A stretch of 64,000 bases of DNA from Eledone cirrhosa (Eukaryota). Both the position numbers and the translations under genes were made by a program. Below, in pieces: positions 43,360-56,867 of the stretch (positions are counted from its first letter, which is position 1; each line of letters begins with the position of its first letter). The stretch covers positions 302,312,001-302,376,000 of the forward strand of contig OZ024741.1 in the NCBI GenBank assembly GCA_964016885.1, written 5' to 3'. The notes under the pieces were generated by a model. The model ran no database searches. It saw only the letters and a program-made list of their open reading frames with translations, and was not told the DNA's origin.

Positions 43360-45990
43360 CTATCATTTCCATTTCTCTTATGAAAAACACTGCCTGTGAT
43401 ATTCAAATCATTTCAGAATAATGAAGGATTTGAATGGATTTAGTAATATAACTAAATTTCTTATTAAGCTGGTGTTTGAAACATAACTTTAATGTTCTTA
43501 CGTAAAATTATGATGGAAGGTATTTAGATAAACACTTTAAACTGAAAAGGGGCAGTTCCTAGTGCTTTGGTATCAAAAGGGGTGTTAATCCTTTTTAGAT
43601 TCTGTGCTTGCTTGAATATCATCTTTAATAAATTGCATGTAACTGGGGCTGTTGTCCACATATCAAAGTCCACCAGCACAGCCAGGTCAACAAAACCCAT
43701 TCCATGCTACAAATGTGCTATTGCACTGACCCCGTACATATACAACTGGCTATTGTATATTGTAAATTACCACTAAGTAACCCTTTTGTTTCCATATTTC
43801 TAATGAAAAACACTTCCTATAATTTTCAATTCATTTTGAAAATAAGGATTTGGAAGGATTTAATAATATAACCAACCTTCTCATTATTAAGCTAGTGTTC
43901 AGAATATAACATAAAATTGTGATGAGAGATTTTTAGATAAATATAAACACTTGAAAATGAATTGGTCTATATCATAAATCTAGGGACATTTCCTATCAAT
44001 TTGATATCAAAGGGGTTAATTAGGCTAGTCTTATGGTGCCATAGATGTACTGAGACAGAACTAATTGAAACTTACTTAATCTCTGATATGAGGTAAATCA
44101 GTTACCTTGCTGCTGTTATTACTGTTGTTGTCATCATCATCAGTGTTGTTTATTTTTCCCTGCTAGGAAGGATTGAATGTGTCGTCATAGATAAAGCCAG
44201 TACTTATCCGGACCTACTGACCTCTCAGACAGGCCGAGCAACACATTTCATTTACATATGTTCCCACATTCTACGGGGTGCTTCAGGTGCATGTTATGGC
44301 ACCAGCACTAGGGAGGTTGGCATGTCTTTGGCACAACTGAAGTGTCCTCTCAACCCTTTGTTTGACAAGTTTTCCAGTGTGATATAGAAATATGATGTTA
44401 TTCTCCATACTATCATACTTCTATTATATCACATTTGCTTTCAGAATCTCTCACTTTCTGTCAGTTATTGAAACTGAAGACACTGCCTACAATTTTGTAA
44501 ATAATCAAAAATTTCAAGTGAGTTAGTAGTATAACTAACTTTCTTGTTATTAAGTTGGTGTTTGGAAAATAAAATAACAAAAGTTCTTACTTAAAGTTAT
44601 GATGCAAGGTTTCACTTTAATCATTTTCTTAACCATATTTCTAATAAAATTTAAAAAAAAACACTGCCTAAGATTTTCAAATAATTTTGTAAATAATCAC
44701 AAATTTGTGGGGTTTAGTAATATAATTAACTTTCTCATTATAAAACAGATGTTTGGAATATAACAAAGGTTTTTACATAAAACTACAATGAAAAGTTTCT
44801 TATATAAATATAAACACTTCTTCACAATAAACAGTTTTGTATCATAGAACCTGGTGTGGTTTCAGGCAATTTAGTATCAAGGAGGTAAAAATTTTATCTC
44901 CCATTATCAAAGACTCAGATATATAAAAATAATAGATTAATTAGCAGTTTTGTCTGTAAAACGTTTCTGTTGCTGTTACCTTTACTCAGCAGAAGGTATG
45001 AATGTTGATTGTGTATAAATGTATGGTTTTGCTGTGATCTTTATGTGAATCTAGACCGCCTCTGTTTGGAACTAGATCTTATTATGCATCTTTTGAAGAT
45101 GATAGATAAAAAAACTGTGTGAATGGAAGTTTTTCATAGCCTAGATATCTATTATTTAGCTTTAAAAATGTGTTTATGGGCATGAATGTTACTGAAGTAA
45201 ACTGGTTTTCTCACATGATATTTTTTTTCCCAGCCAAGCCACTGTTGTTAGTTGAGTTAGTAAATTAATAATTGCTTTAGATTAGCAATTAATTGTATTA
45301 TGATTTATACTCTTGGTTTCATCTGGCAATTATTGTTGTAGTCTAACTGGTAATCTTACTTCACTAGTCTTAGACTAACTAATGGCTTGTTGATTAACCA
45401 TTTCATTACAGTATTTCTAAAGAAAGATACTGCCTATGATTTTCAAATCATTTTGAAAATAATTCAGAATATAGAAAGTTTTAGTAAAATAACTAATTTT
45501 CTCATTAAAATTGTTTTTGGAATACTGCTTAAAGCTTCTTCCATAAAATTATGATAGAAAGTTTAAATTTACACACTTTAAAATAAATAGTTTTGTATCA
45601 TAGAAGTTGAGGCCGTTTTAGACTGGTATCAAAAAGGTTCATAAATGGGAATTGGATATGGGTCAGCTTTTCTTCTCTTTGGATTTAGCTTGGCATTTGA
45701 GGCATTTTATTTGGCAATAGGGAATGCTGTATTAGACAATGTTTTATCTTTTAATTCTTACGATTTAAATATTAGAATTATGGGTTGTATTATATTAATG
45801 ATTTATGATAATTTATTTTAATATCTTAAATTTAAAAAAATTTAAATTCCAGTAACTCTTTCATTGTCTTATTCCACTGCCAATTTGTTTCAATTAATTT
45901 GAAAAATGAAAAAAGATTTGGAGGAATTTAATAAAATAATTAACTTTGTTTTATATTATAGAACCAGGGACAGTTTCAGGGGAGTTGGCA
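43360..45990 (+). mobile_element. Cluster of ~250-bp AT-rich piggyBac-type MITE copies (~43360-43589, 43778-44019, 44470-44620, 44628-44888, 45394-45640, 45850-45990)
   Basis: Shared CCATATTTCTAATGAAAAACACTGCCTATGATTTTCAAAT...GGTATCAAAAGGGGTTAA. Same family as 55401-55650. Confidence 0.7.
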
Positions 45991-45992
45991 GC

Positions 45993-46600
45993 TTACTTAC
46001 TTAGACTTAGGTCCCCCTATGCTGGGTAGCGCATTGGGCAACAAGCATCCTCTAACTTTCACAATCCACTGTTGCTCTTTTGCATCCATTCTACGTAAGG
46101 ATGACAGCTTTCAGATCAACTTGAAATGTCTGTTGCAATATATCCTTTTGTCTGCTCCTTTTCCATTTGCTTCTGGGAGGAGACCAAGTCATCACCATTT
46201 TCTAGTGCCAGTGATCAAGTAGACAGAGAATGTGAGCACCCAGGTGGAACCATCATTCTGTAATTATATTTCTTGAAGCAGTCATGATTTTGCCCCCCTT
46301 GGGCTCTATTTATGTGTAATCTGCTCTCTTCGTGATCTTTCTGAGGCACCTTTGATGGAATACATTCAGCTTTCTGTCAATCTTTGCTCTGTTCTTCCAG
46401 TTCTTACTGGCATAGATCTCTATAGAGAGAATAAAGGTATTGTATAGGCACAGCTTAACATCTGAGCTGATAGTTGAGGCTGACCTGGCAGTGAAACACT
46501 AACCACTTTTTTGATTTTGGTTTCCTGTCAAGTTAGGTGAACTGGTCAGCATTGTTTGACACTTGCTAGTTCATTTTGACTACTGCTTCCTGACTGGTGT
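45993..46600 (-). mobile_element. Very old RTE-like LINE 3' fragment
   Basis: Minus-strand (TAAG)n tail at ~45993-46008. Degenerate similarity to RTE C-terminal coding sequence. Confidence 0.4.
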
Positions 46601-49600
46601 TGGTATCAAAAGGTTTTAAATTCTTCACTTTCAGTGAGATCAAATGACCTTTCCATTTTTAAGATTAGTAGGTTTTGTCTGTTATTTCTCACTTCTTCAC
46701 TCTTTATAAACACTAGAGTGCAAGTCAGCTCTAGAATTAGTTATTATTATCTCTGCTTAATATAGAAGACAAGTGTGTGTGACTTGGTCATGGAAACTAA
46801 GTTGTAGTCTTGTTGATTTAGTAAAAGTAATTTTATTTTGAATGCAGAAGTGTAAACAGTTGCCTAAAGAGTTTTTGAGATGCACCTTTATGTTTCTTTT
46901 ATTATCATGGGAAGAACAAACACTCAAACCAAATAAATATATGTAAATACAATTCCTTTGAAGATGTTTAAATTTGCCAATGAAGTTATACTTAATAATT
47001 AATTAAATTTCAATTTTGGCTTGCTATAGTTAAGACACTTTCTAATGAAAATGAATAAGAAATAAAATTTGAAAATATACTTGCCACAATGCAGATAGCT
47101 AAAATTATAGTTGATAACTATAAATAATAGTTAAATAAATTGGGTAAAGAATCCCCAGAGATGGAATCCACTCGTTTCTCTTTCCTGGAGTACTTAATCC
47201 AATTCGACTATTATTATAGTTATCTGCATTGTAGTGACTATATTTTCAAATTTTTTAATGCTTCTTAAGTCAACCAATCTCAGATAAAAAATATTTTCCC
47301 CCTATGTATTTTGAACATTGTGTAACAGAACCAGGTTGCTTAATTTTTACCTGTTGTCATCAATGTAATTGTTCAGTAGTTTTTTTCACATTTTAGTTTT
47401 AATGTAATTCTGAAATAAGTATATTTATTTATATACATTAGTTTAAAAGCATCTGCCATTGTTGTGTAATTAAAATTTATATAATCAAGAATCAGTTTTG
47501 ATTCTGTATACTGTAGTAGGTAGATAAAACGAACAAAATTCTATGTAATGTTGAAAATAATGCAGAGATAAAAGTAAAAATTTTAAATTTTAATTTAATG
47601 TATTTTGAATCAATCCCTGATATTAAATGTGTATGGTGTAATCACATGTTATATCATTGATGCATTTATATACAAATATTTGCCAAGATTTGATTCTATA
47701 TACAAATATATTTTTTGTGTAGTATTCCTGACCTGCTTGGCTGCATTTTTTAGCTATCCTGGTCACCAATTATCTTTTTCAAGTTAATTATATATAATTA
47801 CTTTCTTTCTATTGATATTTATAGAAGAAATTTCCCATTTACTTCTGAAAGCCATTAAAATGTCTGTCACACAAGATAAAATGTTCATCTTAAGAATGTC
47901 AAATTACAATAGGAACAAAAACATTTGCCTGTGTTTTAATTGCAGGGGGTAAAATTATGTGTTGGTAGTTACCACAAAGCCTCTGAGATTTGTAGTTTGT
48001 CCAGGTTCTTTATGAACTGAAATTCATTAAAAATTATAAATAAAAAAAACACTTGCATTTCTCCTATATTCATCACGGTTGAATATAACTTATTGTGAAG
48101 TTTTATTCTCTAATTAACTTTTTTCAAGTTAGTTAAAACATCTACTTATCATTTACTAAGGTCTTATTCTAAAATCAAATATTTAAATGAAATGATGCAC
48201 ATATGTAAAAATAATACATTAAAAAATAAAAATTTTAAAAAAACCGAAGGAAAACAACAAACACTTTGTCTTTGATAATTTATATAAGTAATATTTTGGT
48301 TTGGGCTGAGTAGTGGTGGATTGGCAGAATTGGTAGAGCATTGGATAAAATGTCATTGCAGCATTTGTTTTGGCTCTTTTATATTCTGTGTTCAAATCCC
48401 ACTGAGGTTAACTTTAGTCTTCTTCCTTCTGGAGTTGATAAAATAATGTACCAGTCAAGTACTGGGGTTGATTTAATCAACTTTTGCCCTTCCCATAGAA
48501 ATTGAATGTCTTTTTATATATAACTTTTAGTTTAATATCATTATTTGGTTCTTTGGTTTATTCTATTGTAAGCATTTAGACCAGATCCTAGTTCCTTCTC
48601 TGTTCGTGTTTTTCCTCCAGAAATTGACCTGCAGATATTCAGGCTGAGCACCAGTTGCATTATCCCTTTTGATACAAACCTGCCTGAAACTGCTCTTGGT
48701 TCTATGGTATAAAACTGCCAGTTTTAAAGTATTTATACTTTTATTAAAATCTTCCAACATAATTTTAACTCTTACCATCCTGAAATTGCATTAGCTAGAT
48801 ATTTTAAAAAGTAAAAAAAAAACACTATGACTGCATCACATAAAAAAAGTTGTTCAAATACTGCACATTTTTTACAATGATCTGTGCACTAATTAAGATA
48901 CTATAAGTATTTGAATTACCAAGTTCGTTTTTAAATTAATTTGTGATAAATCATTACAGATTTCTAAAAGTTTAGGAATTTTTATAACTAAATTATGTTC
49001 CAAACATCAGCTTCCCAATGAAAAAATTAGTTATTTTACTAAATCCCTTTAATTTTATTTTTATCTTTATTTTCACAATTAATTGAAACACATTGGCACA
49101 GTGTATTTGATTAGAAATTTGGTAACGAAAGATTTAACTTCACTAGACTAGGAGGACCTGCGAATGCCATGTCACAGTTCCTTTTATTCTTGACTACTTT
49201 TATAAATAAGAAAACATTTCTAAGCAGTGTATCTTAAAAATGATTAACCTTGTAAAATATAAAGGCTAATTGATAGAAGTGTGTGTGTGTTCATATGTGT
49301 TTCAAAGGTGATAATGGATAAACCCAGCTCTATTCCCCAAGTGGCCATGAAAAATAAAATATTCCAATATGCATTCTATCTTTCTCTCTTTCACACACAT
49401 ACACACAATTTTTTTTAGACATTTTTTTTTTCAAATAATTCTATACTAGAAAACCAAAAGGTTGCTCAATTATTATCTACTTTCCCATGTCACTCTTATG
49501 TACTGTAGTATTGTTGTTGCTAATAGTTTTCCCTCCCAATTGTTCCTCCTCTTCATGGCAGCTTAGACTTTTGAATTAATTGCCATGGTAATGCAATTTT

Positions 49601-50245
49601 TCTGCCATCATGGCAGATTGGTATTTTTAAACGAATTTTTTTTTTTTCATGAAATATTTTCCATGGGTGTATATATTTTGGTTTTCAAACTGTTACATTT
49701 GATTCAAGAAGCACATTTGTTAACTGTCTTGTTAACATTAAAGGATTAATTTTTTTTTTTTTGTAATTACTATTGAATCTATACCAGCAACAGCATCAAA
49801 TCCTTATCATAAAACGAAAATGTTCAATAATTGTTGAAATATACATGTTCCTGGAATTTCTCTGATTCCAGGCTATACTGAATTATATGCAGATGATGAT
49901 GAGGTTTATGTTTAAATGGTTTTCATTTTTAAGTAATAAGTAAAATTTAACTTTTTAGAGGTTTGTGGAGAGAAAAAAACTATGTTGAATATATTTTATT
50001 CGCTGTGTCTCTCCTGGCAATGAATTATATTTAGGTTTCAAGTGAAGTTGCTACAACGTTTCTTTAAATTGTTTGTAGCTTATATTCCTTGCTCTCTTAC
50101 TATTTTCTCTCTATCTGTTCTTCAAAGTATCTGGTTTTAAATTACCACTATTGATACTTTATAATCAATCATGCAAAATAAACCAAACGTTAGATATATC
50201 TAAATTTCGCAGCTGATTGGAATTTGTTTTGGCCATTTCGATATA

Positions 50246-50276
<31 letters not shown>

Positions 50277-50952
50277 AAGCCTTTTTTGTGCTATGGGCTT
50301 TTTTTTTTTTTTTTTTTATATAGGGCAAAAACCATTTTAGGTTAATTGTTAAAAACAATAGAGGAATATTACATTTTTAGGCTGATTTATTGCCCATGTA
50401 GTGTTTTTGGCTACATTATCCAATCTGATATATAGGCCTGGCAGTGCTGTAAGGGTTAAAACACTTGAATCCAAAAAGCTGTATATATCATGAGTTTTAA
50501 TTTTTATTTTAAGATAAAATTCATTTATATTTACACAATTTTCTTTATTTTAAAAAAATATTTAATTTTTTTTTAATTTGTTAAATCTATTTAACCTTTT
50601 TTTAGTCAATGTAAAGCTGTTACTACTGAGTTTTTTTCCTGTATGAATGTACAGTATATATAATTCCAGATCAACATCTCTTGATCAGGTGGAGTTACAA
50701 TTTGGGAGTTAAAACTCCCAAACTGTTGTGATTGTACTGAATTGATATTTATTTTGATTATTATCCCCCCAAGCTCTTCAATGATAAGTAAATAACTGTT
50801 TATTAATTTTGTTACAAACACCACTTTTTAGTAGATGCAGTAATTATTACAATCCATTAATGAAAAGAAGAAAAAAAGATTAATTAAAAAATTAAATGCG
50901 CGTGCTCACTGACACACATGCTCATCATGTCTATATTTTATACACACAACTA

Positions 50953-50994
<42 letters not shown>

Positions 50995-50997
50995 GTA

Positions 50998-51080
<83 letters not shown>

Positions 51081-51131
51081 GTATGTATGTGTGTATATAT
51101 ATGTGTGTGTATATATATATATGTGTGTGTA

Positions 51132-51364
51132 ACAGTTATAGGATCCTTGTCAAACCCTGTTACTATTAACTTCAATAAAACTGAAACTGATGTTTCCTTA
51201 TGGTCCAACATTGGTGAACAGTTCATTTGCCTGCTAAGGACTCATCTAGTTTAAATTCCATTGAAAATAATTGTGACATGGTTTGACAAGGATTCTATAA
51301 CTGTAAAGAATATATGAATTAACTCCATATTCTTTATATTGAGTGCTATTCACTTTGACATATG

Positions 51365-51416
<52 letters not shown>

Positions 51417-51468
51417 CAAAGTGAATAGCACTCAATATAATGAATATAGAGTTAATTCATATATTCTT
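51132..51468. repeat. Compound inverted repeats (51132-51304 diverged; 51306-51360 / 51414-51468 around (TA)n), probable Penelope-like remnant
   Basis: Arms are visible by eye. The bulged-hairpin motif occurs at 51322-51344 (+) and 51430-51452 (-). Confidence 0.6.
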
Positions 51469-51563
51469 GTGTGTATGTATATGCACACACATGTATATAT
51501 ACACACACACACACATGTGCATACATATACATGTATATGCGTGTATGTATATATAAATGTGTA

Positions 51564-51616
<53 letters not shown>

Positions 51617-54600
51617 CCATTTATGCACATATATGTTCCCGTGTACACAAATACACCATTCAAATATCCATTTAAAAAATCAAAATGCTGTATAATGATT
51701 TCTAATCCCAATCTTCATGTTTCTGACCTCCAAACAATGTTTGAACAATAAAAAATAAAACAAATAAAGCAATGAATTATAAAAAAAAAAAAATGAAGGA
51801 TAAAAAATGATAATTGTTATCAAAATGCTTTATTAAAAACTCTAGAAAACTGTTTGTGAGGAAAGAACATAAAATCTGTTGTCTGAAAATCTAAGGCTTG
51901 GTGGGATGATTATACTGATCTTAATACTTCATGTAAACTGGGTATAGATTTATTTCAACACTGTAATATTCTTACTTTTCCAATAATAAAAGATGTTTCT
52001 GCTTATAAAGTGTTTTCTTCCAAATTCTTGTTGGACATAATGCCACCTTCTTATCTGAATTGATGTGTTTTGATATAAACCAGTGCATGGTTCAATTGCT
52101 GTTCATTTAGAAGAAGTTTCATATTTACTTTACTATTCTTCTTGTTGTCTTTGCTTTTGCTATGGTTTCAGTCTGCCCAAAACGTTTCAATTTTAATCCA
52201 CATGGACGCGGAGACACACTCGCACGTGCACACATAATCACCATCACACATACACACATTCACAAACGTGATGACTTTAAAAGCTATATCCCTAATGACC
52301 TGAATAAATGTGTGTAATTTAAAGTTTATAGTAGAAATAGATTCCGCTAAAACTACATAACTAATCTAAATGCCTCATTTTAAATAACATACTTTTTAAT
52401 CATTTCAAGGGGGTTGCATTTTTTATTAATTTAAGATTTTTTTGGGGGTTGTTGTTTTTTTGTTTTTTTTGCATCTAAAGCCATATAAAGTTTGTCGTAT
52501 TTTCAACATCAGTTAGTTATAAGATTTTCTAGTTTTGAATTTTAGTTAGATGAAAGGGAGTAAGTCAAACTAGATATTTAATTTGTTTAAATTGAAACAT
52601 TGCAGTTGAATTATTTTTTTTTATTCCAATGTTGGCTATAGATTAAGTAACACTTACTTATCAACCTAGATTGGCTAATTTCCAACAAGATGGCAAATTG
52701 GCCATAGAGCCTCTGATTAAACATATCTCAGTATTTGTTTCAGCTCACTGCGCTTTGAATTAAAATTCCCCTGAAGTTAAATTGCCTTTTTTCTTGTGAG
52801 GTTGATAAATAAAATATTCTAGTACTGGGGTTGGTCATTCCTCTGTTTCTCTCTCTATCACTTTCTATTTCTCGCTGGAAGAAACCAGCTCAAGAGCTGT
52901 GAGCATAAAATGGCTATGACAGGAGTTAAGGGCCCTTAAGAAAATTTCCAACACAGTTTCCAATCATGAATATTTACAGTGTAATGTCATATCCTGAGTT
53001 AAATTACATTACAGTAGCTCATAATACTATCATTCATAAATGCCATTAAATATTTTTCACCTTCTTTAAATAGCATGTTAAGATTATGGTTATTTTCAAT
53101 TTAAGATCATGTTTTCTGCTTGTAAATCACTCTACTTATTCATTACATATCAGATATTTCAATTAATACTGGCATCCATCAGTTTACTATACACTACTAA
53201 CATTTAAAATCAACTGAGTTTGTTACTGTTTGACAATATGAGCATAAACATTTCAAACCAGCTGTCAGTTACAACATTCTCTGTTTTTAACCCCTTTCCC
53301 ACCATATTTTTAATGAAATTCATTGCCTATGATTTTTAAATCATTTTGAAAATAATCAATAATTTGAAGAGATTTTGTGAAATAACTTAGCTTTCTTAAA
53401 AGTTCTTACATAAACTTATAGAAGGTTTTTAGACAACTATAAACTTTAAAATAAACAGTTTTGAATCATAGAATTAGGGGCTATTTCAGATGGTTTGGTA
53501 TCAAAATGATTAATATCTGAACTGAATTTACCAGTGTGCATGAGAGAGTGAAACAGAAAGAAAGTGAAATTTTTGCTCCCCAAAATCTTGACACTGCTGG
53601 CTGAAATTATTCCTGTCAGTAATTCTTTCCATTATACCTGTAATCAGTGACATAAAGGTAAGAAACTATCAGCACATAATATAAATAGTTTACTAATTAT
53701 ATTTCTGTTTAAATTATATTTTTTACCTTGTTAAGTGTTTCCAGCTGAAATTAAGTGGCTTTTGTTGGATGATGAGAAACTGACCATTAAAAACAGTTAA
53801 ACATATATATATAAAAAAAAAAAAAAGGAACTTACTGGTGTGTTAGTTCATGAGGTTGTGTGTGTGTGTGTGTGTGTGTGAAGAAATAGTTTATAAATAT
53901 AAATGATTATATATGTATGGTGTGAGGAAGGGCATCTGACCATGAAACATTGTTAAAAAAAGTGTTATCCAATGTCCTTATGTGTGTGTCTGTGTGCTCA
54001 GTGAACAATGCAGCCCTAGAAACTCAATGTCTGAGAAAAGACTCGTTAGTCATATCTAGAATACCTTTGGCCTGCTTGAACAGGGTTGATTTGTGGGTTG
54101 AAAAACAACTGTTTAATTAACTAACTCTTAACGTCCTGTAATCATTTAGAAAATATCTAAAAGTGGGTTTGTTAATTCAAATGTTTACAGTATTTTTACT
54201 GGTGGTCAGATCGTTGGGAAAATTTAAAGTATTAGAGTAAAGACTAATTTTTAATGTGATGCAGTCATAGTGCTGTTCTCTACTTTTCAAGAATGCCTTG
54301 CTAATATGGTTTCATGCAATACAGTACGTTAAGAGTTAATACATCTCTCTCATTCTTTCTCTGTTTCTCTTCATCTATTGTAAGGTATATTGTGTATGTA
54401 TTTTTGTGTGATTACATGTTTGTTTGGTATCTTGAGATTTTTATTTTAGTTCCCTCAGGGTTTGCTGACATTGGAATCTCAACTACGCACCCCCCTCTCC
54501 TCACGAGTTAAAAAAACAAAAAAAGAAAAGAAAACAATTCTTTAATATATGTTACATAGCTGTCAATTCCAACAATGAATGTTCCATCTATTTGAACAAT

Positions 54601-55400
54601 GGGACAGCCTGCTCATAAAATTAACGTACAAATGGCTAAAGGTTCCATATGCACGTGTATCTTTAACCCTTTAATGTTCAAATCGGCCAGAATTCTCTAC
54701 CTTTTTCTGTTGAAACTGGCTGTAACTGGTCGCTCAAACTGATGTTAAGGTATTGTTCTCAAAATAAATACTTTCAAAATCTTATAGATTCGATATTATG
54801 TGAGATAAAGCCTTTACCATGAAAATACAATAGTATATATAGAGTAATCTGAATGCTAAAGGGTTAAGATAGTTATCAGGAAGATTCAGTATAGCACAGT
54901 GTGTAACACATCTGGCCCTTTGAATTACAAGTATAACTTAGTATTGTAAGCTGAGTGAAATCGAGCAATGTAAAATAAAGGTGCATACCTCCAGCCCAGG
55001 AATCAAACTCACAACCTTAAAAATTGTTAGCTGAACATCCTAATCACTAAACTATCTATCACACATACTCATACCGTCAAGGTGATTAAGAAATTGTATA
55101 TTTTACCAAATATCTGGGCAGTTTTAGTTAGTTCTTGTAAATTTGAATATTAGGTATTTATAATTGACAAGACACTAAACTTTCTTCTCTTACTACTTTG
55201 ATTAAATGGTGCTTGTAGCTCCATCAACTGATAAATCCCTGCCCCAACAAAAAACAAATACAAATCAGTGCCAATGATCCCTATGAAAAATAAAAAGGAA
55301 AAGGGCAACAATGAAAAAAAAAAAAAAAGGCAGAGAGTTGGTATGCTGTGAGGAGTAGAAAATTATTTTTTTCAGCCTGGACTCTTTAAGAGATAGTTAA

Positions 55401-55650
55401 CCCATTTGTTACCTTTCTAATGAAAGACATCTTTGATTTTGAAATAATTTTGAAAACAATGAAGAATTATGGAGGGGTTTTGTGATATAACAAATTTTCT
55501 AAATTATAAAGTTGGTGTTTGGAGCATAATTTAAGAAAGGTTCTTACATAAAATTATGATTGAAAGTTTTTAGATAAATAAACACTTTAAAATATACAGC
55601 TGTGTATTGCAGAACCATGGCCAGTTTCAGGTGGTTTAATATCAAAAGGG
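55401..55650 (+). mobile_element. piggyBac-type MITE, family A (other copies ~48660-49130(-), 53288-53512, 60352-60575, 60997-61268(-))
   Basis: TTAA|CCC...GGG|TTAA termini. Confidence 0.75.
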
Positions 55651-56681
55651 TTAACATCTTGTGTGCTACTGTTTAGCCCTAGTTAGGTCAGCACTAAGAT
55701 CAAGCAGATTTAAGATCAAAGATATTCCAACTGTAACCATCACCTAGAACTACATTATCTAATGTATCCTTCATTTTCTAAGATGTTAGAGTATGATTTG
55801 AGCCAGATTTTGCTGCTATTTCTCAGATATTGAGAGATCACATAGAGGTTTCTTTGTTGATGCCTAACATTTGAAGAGTAGAAGCGGGGAGCCTTTTCTT
55901 CACTTCTTTTAGCTCTTTAGTGATGATTATCATCATTCAACAGCAGTAGCAGATGGCCACAATTTTTTTTCACTCATTGCAGCTTTCGAAATAAGTTCTG
56001 GTCTCATGGTTGGATGATTATTAACCTTGGCCATTTGTGGGATTTGAATCCCTAGTCAGAATTTGAACTTATAATGCAAAGTACTGGAACATTTACTGCA
56101 TTCTAGCAATTCTACCAGTCCACCACCATGGACTCATACTTTACGTTTTTTTACCCTGCAAAGATAAAAGGCCAAGTTAACCTAAACAGGATTTGAACTT
56201 GAAGCATATCTAATGCCCTAATTACTCTGCCAATTTCCCTCATTTTATTGAACTGTTAAATTCTATAATTTTGGTTTTCCCAAAAGAACCAATGCATTGT
56301 AAACATTCAGCTGTTGTAAGCAGTGTTATTTATATTTTACATTACAAAGGCACAACAACCTCTCTAGTGTTAGCTCTATGATAAAACACATCTAGTACAT
56401 TCTATACAGTTGTTGGTGAGTGAAGGGCATCCAGCCATAAAGTTTGCCAAACAAAGGATCAAGGGGACTTTCCAGTATCAACACGTGCCAACCTTGCTAA
56501 TGCTGTTTCTACTGCTTTGATAAAAGGCTCTTATACTCTGTAGGGAAGGAAGATGTATGTAAGCAGGATGCAGCCTCACCACTTTTCCACCCCATCCTAA
56601 AAGTCAGTGCTTCTAGCTAAAATACTCACTTGGTCTGTGACAACCAGTCCAATCCTCGCTAGCAAGGAAAATGCTTGTTAA

Positions 56682-56867
56682 CCCTTTAGCATTTACATTA
56701 CTCTATATTTACTATTGTATTTTCACGGTAAAGGCTTTATTTCACATAATATCGAATCTACGAGATTTTGATATTTATTTTAGGAAACAATACCTTAATG
56801 TCAGTAAGAGGGGCCGGTTTGAACAGAAACAGGTGAGAGAATTATGGCCGGTTTAAATGCTAAAGGG
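56682..56867. mobile_element. piggyBac-type MITE, family B (other copies 54667-54863, 59680-59867)
   Basis: TIR CCCTTTAGCATTTA / TAAATGCTAAAGGG with TTAA on both sides. It is inserted into the GTTAAATGAT of an RTE-tail module, which supports a TTAA target-site duplication. Confidence 0.85.

Noticed and set aside
47064-47255. Diverged inverted repeat, possibly another fold-back element
   Set aside because: Too decayed. No hammerhead or bulged hairpin is recognisable, and it cannot be told from a MITE.
52172-52317. Possible alternative terminal exon after a pyrimidine-rich acceptor
   Set aside because: The peptide is partly (CA)n-derived and has no recognisable homology.
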